From Auanema rhodensis (Eukaryota > Animalia > Nematoda): a stretch of DNA of 64,000 nt. A program made the translations under genes and the position numbers. Numbering within the stretch: position 1 is the stretch's first letter; every line of letters starts with the position of its first letter. The stretch covers positions 15,500,001 to 15,564,000 of the forward strand of contig OZ059896.1 of the NCBI GenBank assembly GCA_964057225.1. Direction: 5' to 3'. Below, piece by piece: positions 10,901-21,800 of this stretch. The notes beneath the pieces were generated by a model that saw nothing but the letters and a program-made list of their open reading frames with translations, had not been told where the DNA came from and made no database searches.

Positions 10901-13900
10901 CCACTTGTTGTTGTGAAAGCTGTAAGATGACGATCTTCTTTCTTAAGAGGTATTTGGAAAAATCCAGATACTAAATCAAAGTTGCTGAAGATCCTTGCTC
11001 CAGCGGCCAAATCTAGGATGTCCTGTATGTTTGATATGACATATACTTGTTTCTGAGTGATTGCATTCAGAGCTCGAAAGTCCGTTACAAATCTATAAGT
11101 TTTGTCTTTCTTCTTCACCAAAATTACTGGACTAGTTGTCATTGAGTTTGATGGTTCAATGATTCTTTGTTGTAGCATTTCTTCTATTTGTTTCTCCACT
11201 TCTTCTTGTTGGGAGAGTGGTATACGATAAGTAATTTTGAATGATGGTGTTTTTCCTGGCATGATTGGAATGGAGTGTTCAATTGGTCCTAGGAAGAGTC
11301 CGATATTTCTATCTTCGTTGAGAAACGCTTGTTTATGTAGTAAAATTATTTCTTTCAGTTGCTGTTGTTCGATTTGTGAGAAGCAGGCTTCTGAAAGGTC
11401 AAGCTCATTGATGAAATTGTCTGGGAAATATGGCAGTTGCTCTTCCCATCGAGCTTCCGGAGGTATGTATTGTCCTTCGTATTTTTCTTGGTTGTCCTTT
11501 GGTATCGCTTCTGCTATCCCTATTTCTTGATTCATTTGAATTTCGAGTGGCTGTTTGCATATATTCGTCGCGTAAATTTGTACTCCGTATCCAGTGGGCG
11601 TAAATATGGTAGGCGTAAAAGAGAGTTTGTTGCCTGGTTTCTTACAATCTAGAAACGCCTGTTCATAGCTTTCTGGATCGTGTACTTCTAGCGTGAGCGT
11701 TCTTGTTTCTCCTGGTTTTAGCGTTTTGTTTTCTAAGCTAACCACATATGCTTTCGTGGTCTGGTGTTCCCACGGAGATGTTTCTCGTGCTAGTGGAACA
11801 TGTGTTGTGCCGATAACAATTGTTTTATCCAGCGGTCGAAGTGAGGTGTAAATTCCTTGTTGATGTAATGCTTCCATGAAGTCTATTCCAAGTAACACTG
11901 GTGCTGGACAGTAGTTATCTTCTGCTACATAAAATTTGTGTTCTGTTTCTGTTGTTCCTATTGTTATGAGGATCCTTGTGTATCCCATAAATGAGAATTT
12001 AGATTTATTCGCGACTATCGCTGTTGTTTGTTTTAGTACCATCGTTGCAGCGGGCAGTTGTTTGAAGGTGGATTCTCGCATGTATGATGCTGATGCTCCC
12101 GTGTCCCATAGTGCCTTAAAGATGTGATTGTGGATTGAAATCGGGACAAACGGTAATTGTGATCCTCCTATGTAGTTTATGTTTTCTTTCTTCATGCTTG
12201 TAGGGAAATAAGCTTCATAAATGTGTTCAGGAATTGGTGCTGAAGGATCATACAATGTGAGTTGACAGCTGTTGTGATGGTTGTCGACGTATGGAGCGGA
12301 CGGAGAAGGATGAGATGTTTCTGTTCTTGTGTTCTCAGTTGATAGTGGTTGTAAGTATTCTGTTTCCCATTTGACATTGTTGATGGGTATCCTTGAACTA
12401 CATGCGTATATTTTTATTATCCAGGTGGCGAGTGTGATTATGCCAATTGTTATGATGATTGATCCAATGATAGCAAGTACGCGTAGTGTCCAGGTTTGAA
12501 TCTTTTCCCATATTGGTGACAGAAAGTCAAACATTTTCCAAGTTATAGCTTCTTTTGCATGTTCGTAGCTGAGTAGTAAGCTGCTGGCTGCTCCTGCTGT
12601 TAGGGTAACAGGGTTCATGTTAGGAATTAATCTTTGTTTGATTACAGGTTTTATTCTTCCTGGTAAAGTAGCCTGTAGCGTTGCTAAGCTGGATCCATAT
12701 GATATTGCTAGTGCCATAGGAAACGTTGATTCTGTTAGATTGTTGAAAATGTTGCTTCCATTAAACTTGATATGTTCTAGGTTGATTGATCCTAACTCGT
12801 CGATGTATGCTGGTGATGTTACATTTATTGATTGGTTATTATTAGTCCATTGATCGTTTTCTTTCCAGGGATCCTTGATTGTGAGTCCGCATGGTATGGC
12901 ATGTGCCATCGGTGTGAGGTCTCTTGTACCTGGTAGGATGAACAGTTGGCCGTGATGTTCCGTTTCGACTGGGGTTTCCAGAAAACACGTGCTGTTGACT
13001 TTGTGATCGCGGTATGTTTTTGTAATTTGAATTGGTGTGCATGGCATTACATAAATTAGTTTATCATTTATGAATCTTGCAGATATATCCTGTCGTCGTA
13101 GCATTGTACGCATCCCTATAGTAGGATTTATTTGAAGAATAGCCCACCAGGTAAGTAGTTGTTTATTTTGTACGTGGCAGATGTTGTTTCTGTTTGTTGT
13201 GAACGTACGTATGATATCATCTTCCAGATTGGTAGTGGCATATTGTAGATGAGATTGCGTTTCTTGTTGATGAAGATGTTCATTCCAATTTTGGACGATA
13301 TCGTTCTTAGCTTTAAGGTAGTCTACGTGAGCTTTCTTACCAATATGTGATGCTATTTCTTCAGGTGTGCTGCGAGTGGTAGTGATAGATCTTTTTGTAG
13401 TTCTTGGAGGCGGTGACTTGGTGAGTGATTCTTTCCTATTGTATTCCTGGCTTGAGGTGATTGTGATTGGGTTTGTAGTAATATTGAATGTAGATTGGGG
13501 GGTGGAGAATGATTGTGTTGGTCGATGAGTGGTGAATATAGTTGTGGTTGTTGTAGGTGTTGTGGTTGTTGTTGATCTGGGTCTAGCAGTAGTAGAAGTA
13601 GTAGTAGTAGTAGTGGTAGTAGTAGTAGTAGTTGATGAAGACGTGGGTATTGTCGGTTGGGGTCTAGTTGTTGTGGATATATGTGTTTTGGGTGTGATTG
13701 TCGAAGTGATGACGTTCCTTATGGTTGTAGGCTTAGGGGTCGTGGTAGTGGTTGTAGTAGTAGTTTGTAGGGGGGTCGAAGTGCTTCTAATTGTGGTTGC
13801 AAAAGGTCGTGTTCCGGGAGTACTGATAAGGGGTAGATAATGATTATAAAATTTTTCACTATCCTCTTGTGTACTGCTATAATTTGTAGGATTTCTTTTC

Positions 13901-16900
13901 CGGAAGCCGTAGAATATATCGTCGCCATCGAAGATAACTGTGTAGTTTGGCAGTTGTAATGGGGGTAAGTTTAGTTCTTTTTCATATTTGATCCATTTCT
14001 TCATTTCTGCTTCGTATTCTTCTTTGGAATGTAGCTTTTTCGGATTGTTTATTGCGTTCAGGATAATTTTTGCTTGTGCTAGTTGTTCGTACAGTTCTAA
14101 ATCGTTTCGTGTCTTGGTGAGTCTTGGTTTTCTTGGTGGCATAAGTTGATATAAGTATTCTTCTAAAGATGGTGTTGTTTCTCCTGTAGCTAATGTAGTA
14201 GGTATTTCCGCAAGTGAGTAAGCAATTTCTTTCGCGATTTCATAGTAGTCTCCTGTTTTGGTTGGTAGTATCTTCTTAAAATCCTTAATTGTGATCCGTT
14301 TGCTAAGTTTATGCGTAAGTTCCTTATACGATAGATTATCGATCGCGATTTTTGTTGCTTCTCTTATTTCTGCTTCTCCTAGGGCGTGTAGAATGGCTAT
14401 GTTGACGTCTTCATATTTGTGCCATATAAGACGATTTTTGATAACATCAAAATTTATACCTAGGTATTTGAAGATTGCGATATACTTAGGTAACATATTT
14501 GTTATGTTATTGAGATTGTAATGTATGTCAAGTCTTTTCCGTTGAATATAGGTTGTATATAGTAGAATAGTTCCGGTTTTGCTGGCTGAATATCTTAGCG
14601 AGGGGTATTGATGAACTGTCAAGAATCCTTTAGGGTATTCCGTGATTGCGTGTCTTCTTGATCGTCCTAAGCTTGAGGTTGAGTTGAAGGAGATTAGAGT
14701 TCCACTATTTGTAGTAAATATATCTTTTTGTAAGCATGAGGAGGCTTCTTTTTCCGGTGTTTTATTGTTTAGAATAAAAGCACTTTGAATTCCAGGAATC
14801 AATATGGTGTCTTCTGATATAAAAACTTCGTGAGAGCCTAATGAAGTGTACGAGCAACTATGTTTTTCTGATGGTGGGGTCCATATGATGAGAGCGTTGT
14901 TGGTTAGGCATTGTCCTTTGTCACTGGTGCATCCGTTGTCGTTTATGAATATCTCTGAGAGTACTGTATTGTCTTGTAGGCTGGTCATGTGTCCTCGTTC
15001 AGCTATGAATCTGGTACGTTGTTCGCATTCCTGTTTCCATATACCATTAGTAATAGTTGTATGTGGGAATGGAGTTCCATAGAGTCCTGGTGCTTCTCTT
15101 TGAAGGTTGGTACCGTTGAATATTCTTTCTTTAATAGCTGACGAACATTCTTGCAGTGTTGTTGGTGAAACTTTTGCTAGTGAGACATTAGTGTCTCTGA
15201 TGAAGAAAACGTCGTGAATGCAGAGTTGGTAAGTTTCAATTGCACATTTCCATGCTTCCCATTCTTTTGGTTGTAGGTTTTGGATGAACAATTCTGCTGT
15301 AGTCTTCTGGATATGGTTATTAGTTGGTGCGATGAATCGGCAAGCTGTTGGAGATGGCGGCTCGACATATATTCCTCCTCTGTTTCCTGTGCATAACTGG
15401 TACGTTGTTTCTGCACTGCATGTGTTTATAATGAGTGCGATAATTGTGATAAAGAGGGGTAGGAATGGTGTTGATTTTCTTTTGTTGTTCGGTACTTCGT
15501 TTTCTGTGACGTTGTTGACTTGAAAACGTACTCCTGGGCTCTGTGTGCGTTCTCTATACCGTTCCGGTCCATTGGAGGTGCTACGCGGGCGACTTCTATA
15601 ATTGTTGTATTGGCTTCGATTGTATTGAGAGGGGTATTGTTCGTGATTATTTGATTGTCGCCGGTTGTTGTGTCCGCTATAGTTTTGGTCGCGGTTTCGA
15701 TAGTATGGTCTTTCTTGGCTTCTGTTCCGTGATCTGTCGAAGTAGTTTTGTCTTGATCCCTTATTTTGAGAGAATCGTGAGTTATGGTTCCTGTATTGGT
15801 GTTGATGAGGCCGATATTGGTTGTTGTATCTGTCCGGATATCGGTTGTGTGGTTTGCCATTGCCATTATACATCGGTTTGGTTCCTTTGAAATCCTTAGA
15901 TTCGTTTCTCTGGTATTGATTGTTGTCCTTTGAGTCTCGAATGTTGAGGTTGTTGAACGACTTCTCTATATTGTTGACAAACGATGTTGGTCTATTTTGT
16001 ATAAAGAGTTCTTCTCGTAAGGCCATTTCGTAAGCTTCCTCAAAGTTTGGTGGGTCTAGACGGCTAACGTGTTCGCTTATTTCGGGTCTTAGTCCCCAGG
16101 TGAAGGTGGATCGGAGCATGTTAAGCTCACTTTCGTTGTTCATGTCCATAGCCGAGTAGGCTTCGTTAGAACATCTTGTTGCAAAGCTTTGTACCGATTC
16201 CGTTGGTAACTGTTTCAAGCCATGTAGGCGGTGCATTGCTCGTTCTCTCTGTTTTTTCGGTGTGATCATTTCTGAGAGTCGCTTCTTGACATGGTCCCAT
16301 CCAAGTCGCTTATCTTCGGTTGTGAGTTTTCTGTACGCTTCTCTTGCTCGATCATCTTCTAGCAATAATTGTATGCTTTGAAGACGTTCGGGCATAGTTG
16401 TTCTTGTAGCGTTGAAGTGTTCATCTAGGTATAGTAGATAGCGGTTGAATGGTGTTTTTCCATCGTAGCGTGGAGCTTTTATATCGCGTATGGCGGACGG
16501 AATCGCTGCTGGTTGAGGGATGATTGTAGGTGTTGGAACAGGTGCCCTTCCCGAGGTTTGCGTAAGTGGTGCGCCTTCGTCCATTGGGTCCATTCTTGGG
16601 TTAATTCTCTTGTTTTCTGCAACAAAAGTATTTGCTTGATTAGTTTGCGATGGAAGAGACGGAGATAGAGAATGCCCAGATGTAGAATGATCAATGGATG
16701 AAGGTGAGTTTCGTAGAGGTGGGGATGAGCTTACTGCGGGTGTGGTTGAAGAAAGTGCGGGCGTAGGTGATTTTTGTGTGGTTGGTGTACTGCTTCTTCT
16801 AGGGGTGGCTATTAAAGGATTGATTGGGTTGATTGTATTTGGTATGGTGTTGGTTGGGGGGTTTTGAGGGTTCCCTTTGCTTGCTATGTTTTTAGGAATA

Positions 16901-17223
16901 GGTTTAATGTTTGGGATAATTTTCTTTTCTAAGGTGTTTCTTTCGACTATGTCTGTTTTTTGTTTCTTCGTTTTTTCATGTGATTTGGGATTGGTGAATT
17001 GTTTTTGAATGCCGCGATGTCTTGGGGTATGTATTACCATTGACTTTGTTTTAATGCTTAACTTCGCTTGTTTTGCAGAGGGGGGAGAATATGTTGCGGG
17101 CGGTTGTCTTTTTCTTCTTATAATATTTGAAGTGGCAGCAGGGTCCAGCGGAGGTTTTGGACCAGTATTGGGCAGCATCGTTGGTATCCTGTAAGGAAAT
17201 TTGTTATATCCAACGTGTGCCAA
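7978..17223 (-). CDS. Gag-Env-Pol polyprotein of element A (3081 aa)
   Basis: Capsid motifs PRYDG, QLPTESVQSF and FTWGLRPEI. Signal peptide ~15465-15410; RSRR furin-type site 14664-14653; gB-like LQY...NICHVQ...INPT...ISARF...C; TM ~12483-12408. Protease WDTG ~12105; RT YLDD 10794-10783; RNaseH ESDGS/TDHRPL; integrase H-H-C-C, HMD, TDNG, VER, GPY. Confidence 0.93.
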   Translation of the reverse strand: MAHVGYNKFPYRIPTMLPNTGPKPPLDPAATSNIIRRKRQPPATYSPPSAKQAKLSIKTKSMVIHTPRHRGIQKQFTNPKSHEKTKKQKTDIVERNTLEKKIIPNIKPIPKNIASKGNPQNPPTNTIPNTINPINPLIATPRRSSTPTTQKSPTPALSSTTPAVSSSPPLRNSPSSIDHSTSGHSLSPSLPSQTNQANTFVAENKRINPRMDPMDEGAPLTQTSGRAPVPTPTIIPQPAAIPSAIRDIKAPRYDGKTPFNRYLLYLDEHFNATRTTMPERLQSIQLLLEDDRAREAYRKLTTEDKRLGWDHVKKRLSEMITPKKQRERAMHRLHGLKQLPTESVQSFATRCSNEAYSAMDMNNESELNMLRSTFTWGLRPEISEHVSRLDPPNFEEAYEMALREELFIQNRPTSFVNNIEKSFNNLNIRDSKDNNQYQRNESKDFKGTKPMYNGNGKPHNRYPDRYNNQYRPHQHQYRNHNSRFSQNKGSRQNYFDRSRNRSQERPYYRNRDQNYSGHNNRRQSNNHEQYPSQYNRSQYNNYRSRPRSTSNGPERYRERTQSPGVRFQVNNVTENEVPNNKRKSTPFLPLFITIIALIINTCSAETTYQLCTGNRGGIYVEPPSPTACRFIAPTNNHIQKTTAELFIQNLQPKEWEAWKCAIETYQLCIHDVFFIRDTNVSLAKVSPTTLQECSSAIKERIFNGTNLQREAPGLYGTPFPHTTITNGIWKQECEQRTRFIAERGHMTSLQDNTVLSEIFINDNGCTSDKGQCLTNNALIIWTPPSEKHSCSYTSLGSHEVFISEDTILIPGIQSAFILNNKTPEKEASSCLQKDIFTTNSGTLISFNSTSSLGRSRRHAITEYPKGFLTVHQYPSLRYSASKTGTILLYTTYIQRKRLDIHYNLNNITNMLPKYIAIFKYLGINFDVIKNRLIWHKYEDVNIAILHALGEAEIREATKIAIDNLSYKELTHKLSKRITIKDFKKILPTKTGDYYEIAKEIAYSLAEIPTTLATGETTPSLEEYLYQLMPPRKPRLTKTRNDLELYEQLAQAKIILNAINNPKKLHSKEEYEAEMKKWIKYEKELNLPPLQLPNYTVIFDGDDIFYGFRKRNPTNYSSTQEDSEKFYNHYLPLISTPGTRPFATTIRSTSTPLQTTTTTTTTTPKPTTIRNVITSTITPKTHISTTTRPQPTIPTSSSTTTTTTTTTTTTSTTARPRSTTTTTPTTTTTIFTTHRPTQSFSTPQSTFNITTNPITITSSQEYNRKESLTKSPPPRTTKRSITTTRSTPEEIASHIGKKAHVDYLKAKNDIVQNWNEHLHQQETQSHLQYATTNLEDDIIRTFTTNRNNICHVQNKQLLTWWAILQINPTIGMRTMLRRQDISARFINDKLIYVMPCTPIQITKTYRDHKVNSTCFLETPVETEHHGQLFILPGTRDLTPMAHAIPCGLTIKDPWKENDQWTNNNQSINVTSPAYIDELGSINLEHIKFNGSNIFNNLTESTFPMALAISYGSSLATLQATLPGRIKPVIKQRLIPNMNPVTLTAGAASSLLLSYEHAKEAITWKMFDFLSPIWEKIQTWTLRVLAIIGSIIITIGIITLATWIIKIYACSSRIPINNVKWETEYLQPLSTENTRTETSHPSPSAPYVDNHHNSCQLTLYDPSAPIPEHIYEAYFPTSMKKENINYIGGSQLPFVPISIHNHIFKALWDTGASASYMRESTFKQLPAATMVLKQTTAIVANKSKFSFMGYTRILITIGTTETEHKFYVAEDNYCPAPVLLGIDFMEALHQQGIYTSLRPLDKTIVIGTTHVPLARETSPWEHQTTKAYVVSLENKTLKPGETRTLTLEVHDPESYEQAFLDCKKPGNKLSFTPTIFTPTGYGVQIYATNICKQPLEIQMNQEIGIAEAIPKDNQEKYEGQYIPPEARWEEQLPYFPDNFINELDLSEACFSQIEQQQLKEIILLHKQAFLNEDRNIGLFLGPIEHSIPIMPGKTPSFKITYRIPLSQQEEVEKQIEEMLQQRIIEPSNSMTTSPVILVKKKDKTYRFVTDFRALNAITQKQVYVISNIQDILDLAAGARIFSNFDLVSGFFQIPLKKEDRHLTAFTTTSGTYQYCRMPMGLCGSPHTFQNAVRYLQSMVKCKLFVYLDDLLLISESTTAHLKDIEEVLEAVTQIGFKIKLKKCAFARKEVKFLGYIVGQEGIKPDPHKIKAIQDYPQPKSTTGVRAFMGVVNYFRRFIKNAAGIATPLYNLTRKDTPFKWTEEEEIAFNTLKKTLTQAPVLQAPIPKRPYVIESDGSMIAVGAVLLQAKDDQEPLHPIAFASRKLNKAERNYPPIEVEALALTFAVKQFRTYILGTATKIITDHRPLTSLMTRKDLIGRLAKFQIVLQEYDIEIIYRPGKLNSVCDALSRYFEDEINEAKPPAKKKNERKTTEDTIHQINTFTIADIRSVQNQSNWIKETMDKIKNNTAGRQLTDRYIVYNDVLYSKPKRSLQVPRTILPREEHIINPIMKKFHEDPTLGAHLGINKTMDSISRRFTWTGMQEDITNYINRCLACAKRKNNPHEATVEPMKNFPTSTKPWQRVHMDILGPLPRTEQENRYVLSIQDSFSKWIIAIPLIRQTSEEIISAIEKYLFYVFGPPVTIITDNGSNFISNDFTTMCSNFGTTHHTTMPYYKNANGQVERLHRTIEEALTAYVNDEQNDWDKILPKIIFTLNRLPNATTKTSPYECLFGQVARLPIDKNLETPEEQNITDQLKNLRDIQEKVKEKIATNEERMKQKYDQAHRTKERILDIGDRVFVQRANPSNKLQIRRDGPYRIVTIEGNNISITDQDGNIIKAHKNNIRYFPPDDNLISTRNNEEEEEEDQDIANEEEEEEEASWNNLDEWEQTNNTENNNNCYPTGSPDTLAQLLPITGNNRGINEEEIEHNSETPDDLATARRITNSNIQLENESTTIDRIQEDLRQLTPFSQEEGPNQNDIEDNNAKTYEKLRDQFKNENRKELFEDRNKNSPAIKNWNTTLAAALGIGNENSRPYHVKLQPKRKTQDEEIRSNGELELHGKADQSKKQQNKSPTQNKGEQVRNF

Positions 17224-18413
17224 AATAATTTTATATATAGAAAAACGTAAAGAATAATGTTGGGTTTGTGTGCGCGATTCTTATGAAGGTAGCTAGTCTT
17301 GCAAGTAATCTCTTTACCAATATAGCTCGTCCGGGTCTAACACAGGTTTGAAACTAGTGTGCCTTTTCGAAGGGACAAGTTCTATATTGTGAAAAAGGCA
17401 TGAAATGAAAGTTAATAGTTCGCCAGTCTTTTGGGACAAGGATACAAAATAGAATTTTCGCAATCATTTCATTTTCCCAGACCTCATTAACCTATCTGAG
17501 TCACAGGTATGTCAGCTGCCTTCTGCATCCTGCTCCCTGACTCTATGATGGCGAGACCACTCTTATTATTTATATCAATGTGGGGCAGATTTCAATTCAA
17601 AAATTCTCTAATTATTTCATGGGGCGTACGTCTTATCCTGAGTGTCGGCCTCCGCTCGAGTCTCTTGAGTGTCTGGCATTATTCTTAACGAGGGGGGGAT
17701 GGTTTTTGCGTATGAGTTAAAACTTATTGATTAATTTAATTATTTTTCGTTTTTTTTTTTTTTTCAGGTGCTAAGGTAATCGGAATTTGGATACGCTGCG
17801 CCTAATAAATATTTTTACTGTCGTGTTTAACACGGGATTTCTTGTTTATGAAATTACGGGGGGGGGGGGAAGGGGTGGGTTTATGAGAATACAGTGTAGT
17901 AGCATAAGAATAATAGTTTTATAAACGAACATAAAGAAAATAATGAAAATATGGTATGATAGGATGATTAAGATAGTATGATAAGATGAAGATTCAGATA
18001 ATATGATAAGATGATTAAGATTGAGATGTATAGAAGCAATATTCTTTTTTATTTCTTAATTCTAAATTAATTTTATAAAGAACTTAACTATTTTTGTTCA
18101 AAAAATGTGAAAATAAACTTATAATTCTTAGAAAAGTTAATTATTGAATTTGAATAATTTTCGTATATAGGATTTTGGATAGAGAGAATGATAAATGATA
18201 TAAGTACTCTTATGAATAATTGAAAATGATTTATGAATGGAAAACTGAGTTTTTTGTAAAGAGTTTTTGGATATAATTTTTAATAAAAAAGTTTTAGAGT
18301 TTTTAAGAAAATATTATAAGCTAACTTTAAGAGAGAGATAAGATTTTTAATTGAATAAGAGATGTAGACGGTAGCGCTTGAGTTCCTTTACGAGATCCTG
18401 TCCAAAAGGAAGG

Positions 18414-18431
18414 ATCTCGGTGGAACCTCCA
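18414..18431 (-). promoter_or_regulatory. Primer-binding site for tRNA-Gln
   Basis: TGGAGGTTCCACCGAGAT abuts the 5' LTR; it is the reverse complement of the tRNA-Gln 3' end ATCTCGGTGGAACCT-CCA. Confidence 0.9.
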
Positions 18432-18848
18432 CGTTCCATTTGGATTCCCAATGGTTCCAAGTTGAGAGATCCAAACAGACTATGAGACGATGAGTATGAT
18501 TTTAAATATAAGTGTGTAATGTAAGGTGAAATAAGAAACAAAAGATGAAATATATAAAGGTTTATTGTTCGTATTATAATATAATTATACAAAGATTAAA
18601 GCTAAAGTTAAGAAAGAGAATATAAAGAAGATAAAGAGAAAGTAAGATAATGAGATAAAGAGATGCCTGAGTCTTGAGGACTCAGGTTTATATATCCATA
18701 CAACTCCTACTCAGTTTACACAAATTGTTACAAAGCTTATAAAAAGTGCATCTAGAATATTCTCAGAATTGCTTAAAAACTATCTGCATTAGTTTAATAA
18801 TAGCAGCTGCCATGGTCAGCTGCTTTCCTTTGAGATATGTATGTAACA
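18432..18848 (-). repeat. Element A 5' LTR
   Basis: Direct repeat of 6509-6925; TATATAAA and AATAAA on the - strand. Confidence 0.95.
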
Positions 18849-21800
18849 ATACATATTCTGAAAAGAAAGGTAAGCATTCGCTTACGACCATACCACGTTG
18901 AAAGTACGCCATCCCGTTCGATCTGGCAAGTCAAGCAACGTTGGGCCCGGTTAGTACTTGGATCGGAGACGGCTTGGGAATCCCGGGTGCCGTAAGCTTT
19001 TCCTTTTTCTCATATTTTCATATAGTTTATCATCTTTAGTTACCTATATGGTATACGGTTAACTAGAAATGCTTTCGTTTTCGGAGACAACTGTTAGGCA
19101 GCTTTGCGCAGTGGCGATAACGTGACCAATGAGGCTTTGCCGAGGTGCGTTTATTGCTGGTTGAAAACTTTTCCCAATTACCCGCGAAATTCCCTGAAAC
19201 ATGGGTGATATACGCAATTTTTGAATGCCTGATAAGGCTGATTAGCATATTATGGAAGATTGTTCCACGTGAAATGACGTCATTTTTCAAAACCAAATTA
19301 GAAGGAATGGTTGCACTCCATACATATTCCGAAAAGAAAGGTAAGCATTCGCTTACGACCATACCACGTTGAAAGTACGCCATCCCGTCCGATCTGGCAA
19401 GTCAAGCAACGTTGGGCCCGGTTAGTACTTGGATCGGAGACGGCTTGGGAATCCCGGGTGCCGTAAGCTTTTTCCTTTTTCTCATATTTTCATATAGTTT
19501 ATCATCTTTAGTTACCTATATGGTATACGGTTAACTAGAAATGCTTTTGTTTTCCGAGACAACTGTTAGTCAGCTTTGCGCAGTGGCGATAACGTGACCA
19601 ATGAGGCTTTGCCGAGGTGCGTTTATTGCTGGTTGAAAACTTTTCCCAATTACCCGCGATATTCCCTGAAACATGGGTGATATACGCAATTTTTGAATGC
19701 CTGATAAGGCTGATTAGCATATTATGGTAGATTGTTCCACGTGAAATGACGTCATTTTTCTCATGACGCGTCAATTTTCAAAACCAAATTAGAAGGAACG
19801 GTTGCACTCCATACATATTCCGAAAAGAAAGGTAAGCATTCGCTTACGACCATACCGCGTTGAAAGTACGCCATCCCGTTCGATCTGCAAGTCAAGCAAC
19901 GTTGGGCCCGGTTAGTACTTGGATCGGAGACGGCTTGGGAATCGCGGGTGCCGTAAGCTTTTCCCTTTTCTCATATTTTCATATAGTTTATCATCTTTAG
20001 TTACCTATATGGTATACGGTTAACTAGAAATGCTTTTGTTTTCCGAGACAACTGTTAGACAGCTTTGCGCAGTGGCGATAACGTGACCAATGAGGCTTTG
20101 CCGAGGTGCGTTTATTGCTGGTTGAAAACTTTTCCCAATTACCCGCGATATTCCCTGAAACATGGGTGATATACGCAATTTTTGAATGCCTGATAAGGCT
20201 GATTAGCATATTATGGAAGATTGTTCCACGTGAAATGACGTCATTTTTCAAAACCAAATTAGAAGGAATGGTTGCACTCCATACATATTCCGAAAAGAAA
20301 GGTAAGCATTCGCTTACGACCATACCACGTTGAAAGTACGCCATCCCGTCCGATCTGCCAAGTCAAGCAACGTTGGGCCCGGTTAGTACTTGGATCGGAG
20401 ACGGCTTGGGAATCGCGGGTGCCGTAAGCTTTTCCCTTTTCTCATATTTTCATATAGTTTATCATCTTTAGTTACCTATATGGTATACGGTTAACTAGAA
20501 ATGCTTTTGTTTTCCGAGACAACTGTTAGACAGCTTTGCGCAGTGGCGATAACGTGACCAATGAGGCTTTGCCGAGGTGCGTTTATTGCTGGTTGAAAAC
20601 TTTTCCCAATTACCCGCGATATTCCCTGAAACATGGGTGATATACGCAATTTGTGAATGCCTGATAAGGCTGATTAGCATATTATGGAAGAATGTTCCAC
20701 GTGAAATGACGTCATTTCTCAAAACCAAATTAGAAGGAACGGTTGCACTCCATACATATTCCGAAAAGAAAGGTAAGTCAAGCAATGTTGGGCCCGGTTA
20801 GTACTTGGATCGGAGACGTCTTGGGAATCCCGGGTGCCGTAAGCTTTTTCCTTTTTCTCATATTTTCATATAGTTTATCATCTTTAGTTACCTATATGGT
20901 ATACGGTTAACTAGAAATGCTTTTGTTTTCCGAGACAACTGTTAGTCAGCTTTGCGCAGTGGCGATAACGTGACCAATGAGGCTTTGCCGAGGTGCGTTT
21001 ATTGCTGGTTGAAAACTTTTCCCAATTACCCGCGATATTCCCTGAAACATGGGTGATATACGCAATTTTTGAATGCCTGATAAGGCTGATTAGCATATTA
21101 TGGTAGATTGTTCCACGTGAAATGACGTCATTTTTCTCATGACGCGTCAATTTTCAAAACCAAATTAGAAGGAACGGTTGCACTCCATACATATTCCGAA
21201 AAGAAAGGTAAGCATTCGCTTACGACCATACCACGTTGAAAGTACGCCATCCCGTCCGATCTGGCAAGTCAAGCAACGTTGGGCCCGGTTAGTACTTGGA
21301 TCGGAGACGGCTTGGGAATCCCGGGTGCCGTAAGCTTTTCCTTTTTCTCATATTTTCATATAGTTTATCATCTTTAGTTACCTATATGGTATACGGTTAA
21401 CTAGAAATGCTTTCGTTTTCCGAGACAACTGTTAGACAGCTTTGCGCAGTGGCGATAACGTAACCAATGAGGCTTTGCCGAGGTGCGTTTATTGCTGGTT
21501 GAAAACTTTTCCCAATTACCCGCGATATTCCCTGAAACATGGGTGATATACGCAATTTTTGAATGCCTGATAATGCTGATTAGCATATTATGGTAGATTG
21601 TTCCACGTGAAATGACGTCATTTTTCTCATGACGCGTCAATTTTCAAAACCAAATTAGAAGGAACGGTTGCACTCCATACATATTCCGAAAAGAAAGGTA
21701 AGCATTCGCTTACGACCATACCACGTTGAAAGTACGCCATCCCGTCCGATCTGGCAAGTCAAGCAACGTTGGGCCCGGTTAGTACTTGGATCGGAGACGG

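Larger units (their letters stand above)
6509..18848 (-). mobile_element. Element A: full-length Ty3/Gypsy (Metaviridae) LTR retrotransposon with an env-like gene between gag and pol
   Basis: 417-bp LTRs with 1 visible mismatch; TSD ATAC at 6505-6508 and 18849-18852; PBS; PR-RT-RH-IN order with YLDD. Confidence 0.96.

Noticed and set aside
13529-13840. Val-rich 103-aa ORF on the + strand
   Set aside because: Antisense shadow of the poly-Thr mucin tract of element A
12400-15470. Env region as a nested insertion of another element
   Set aside because: In frame at both ends, no LTR or TSD around it, and present at the same position in divergent element D
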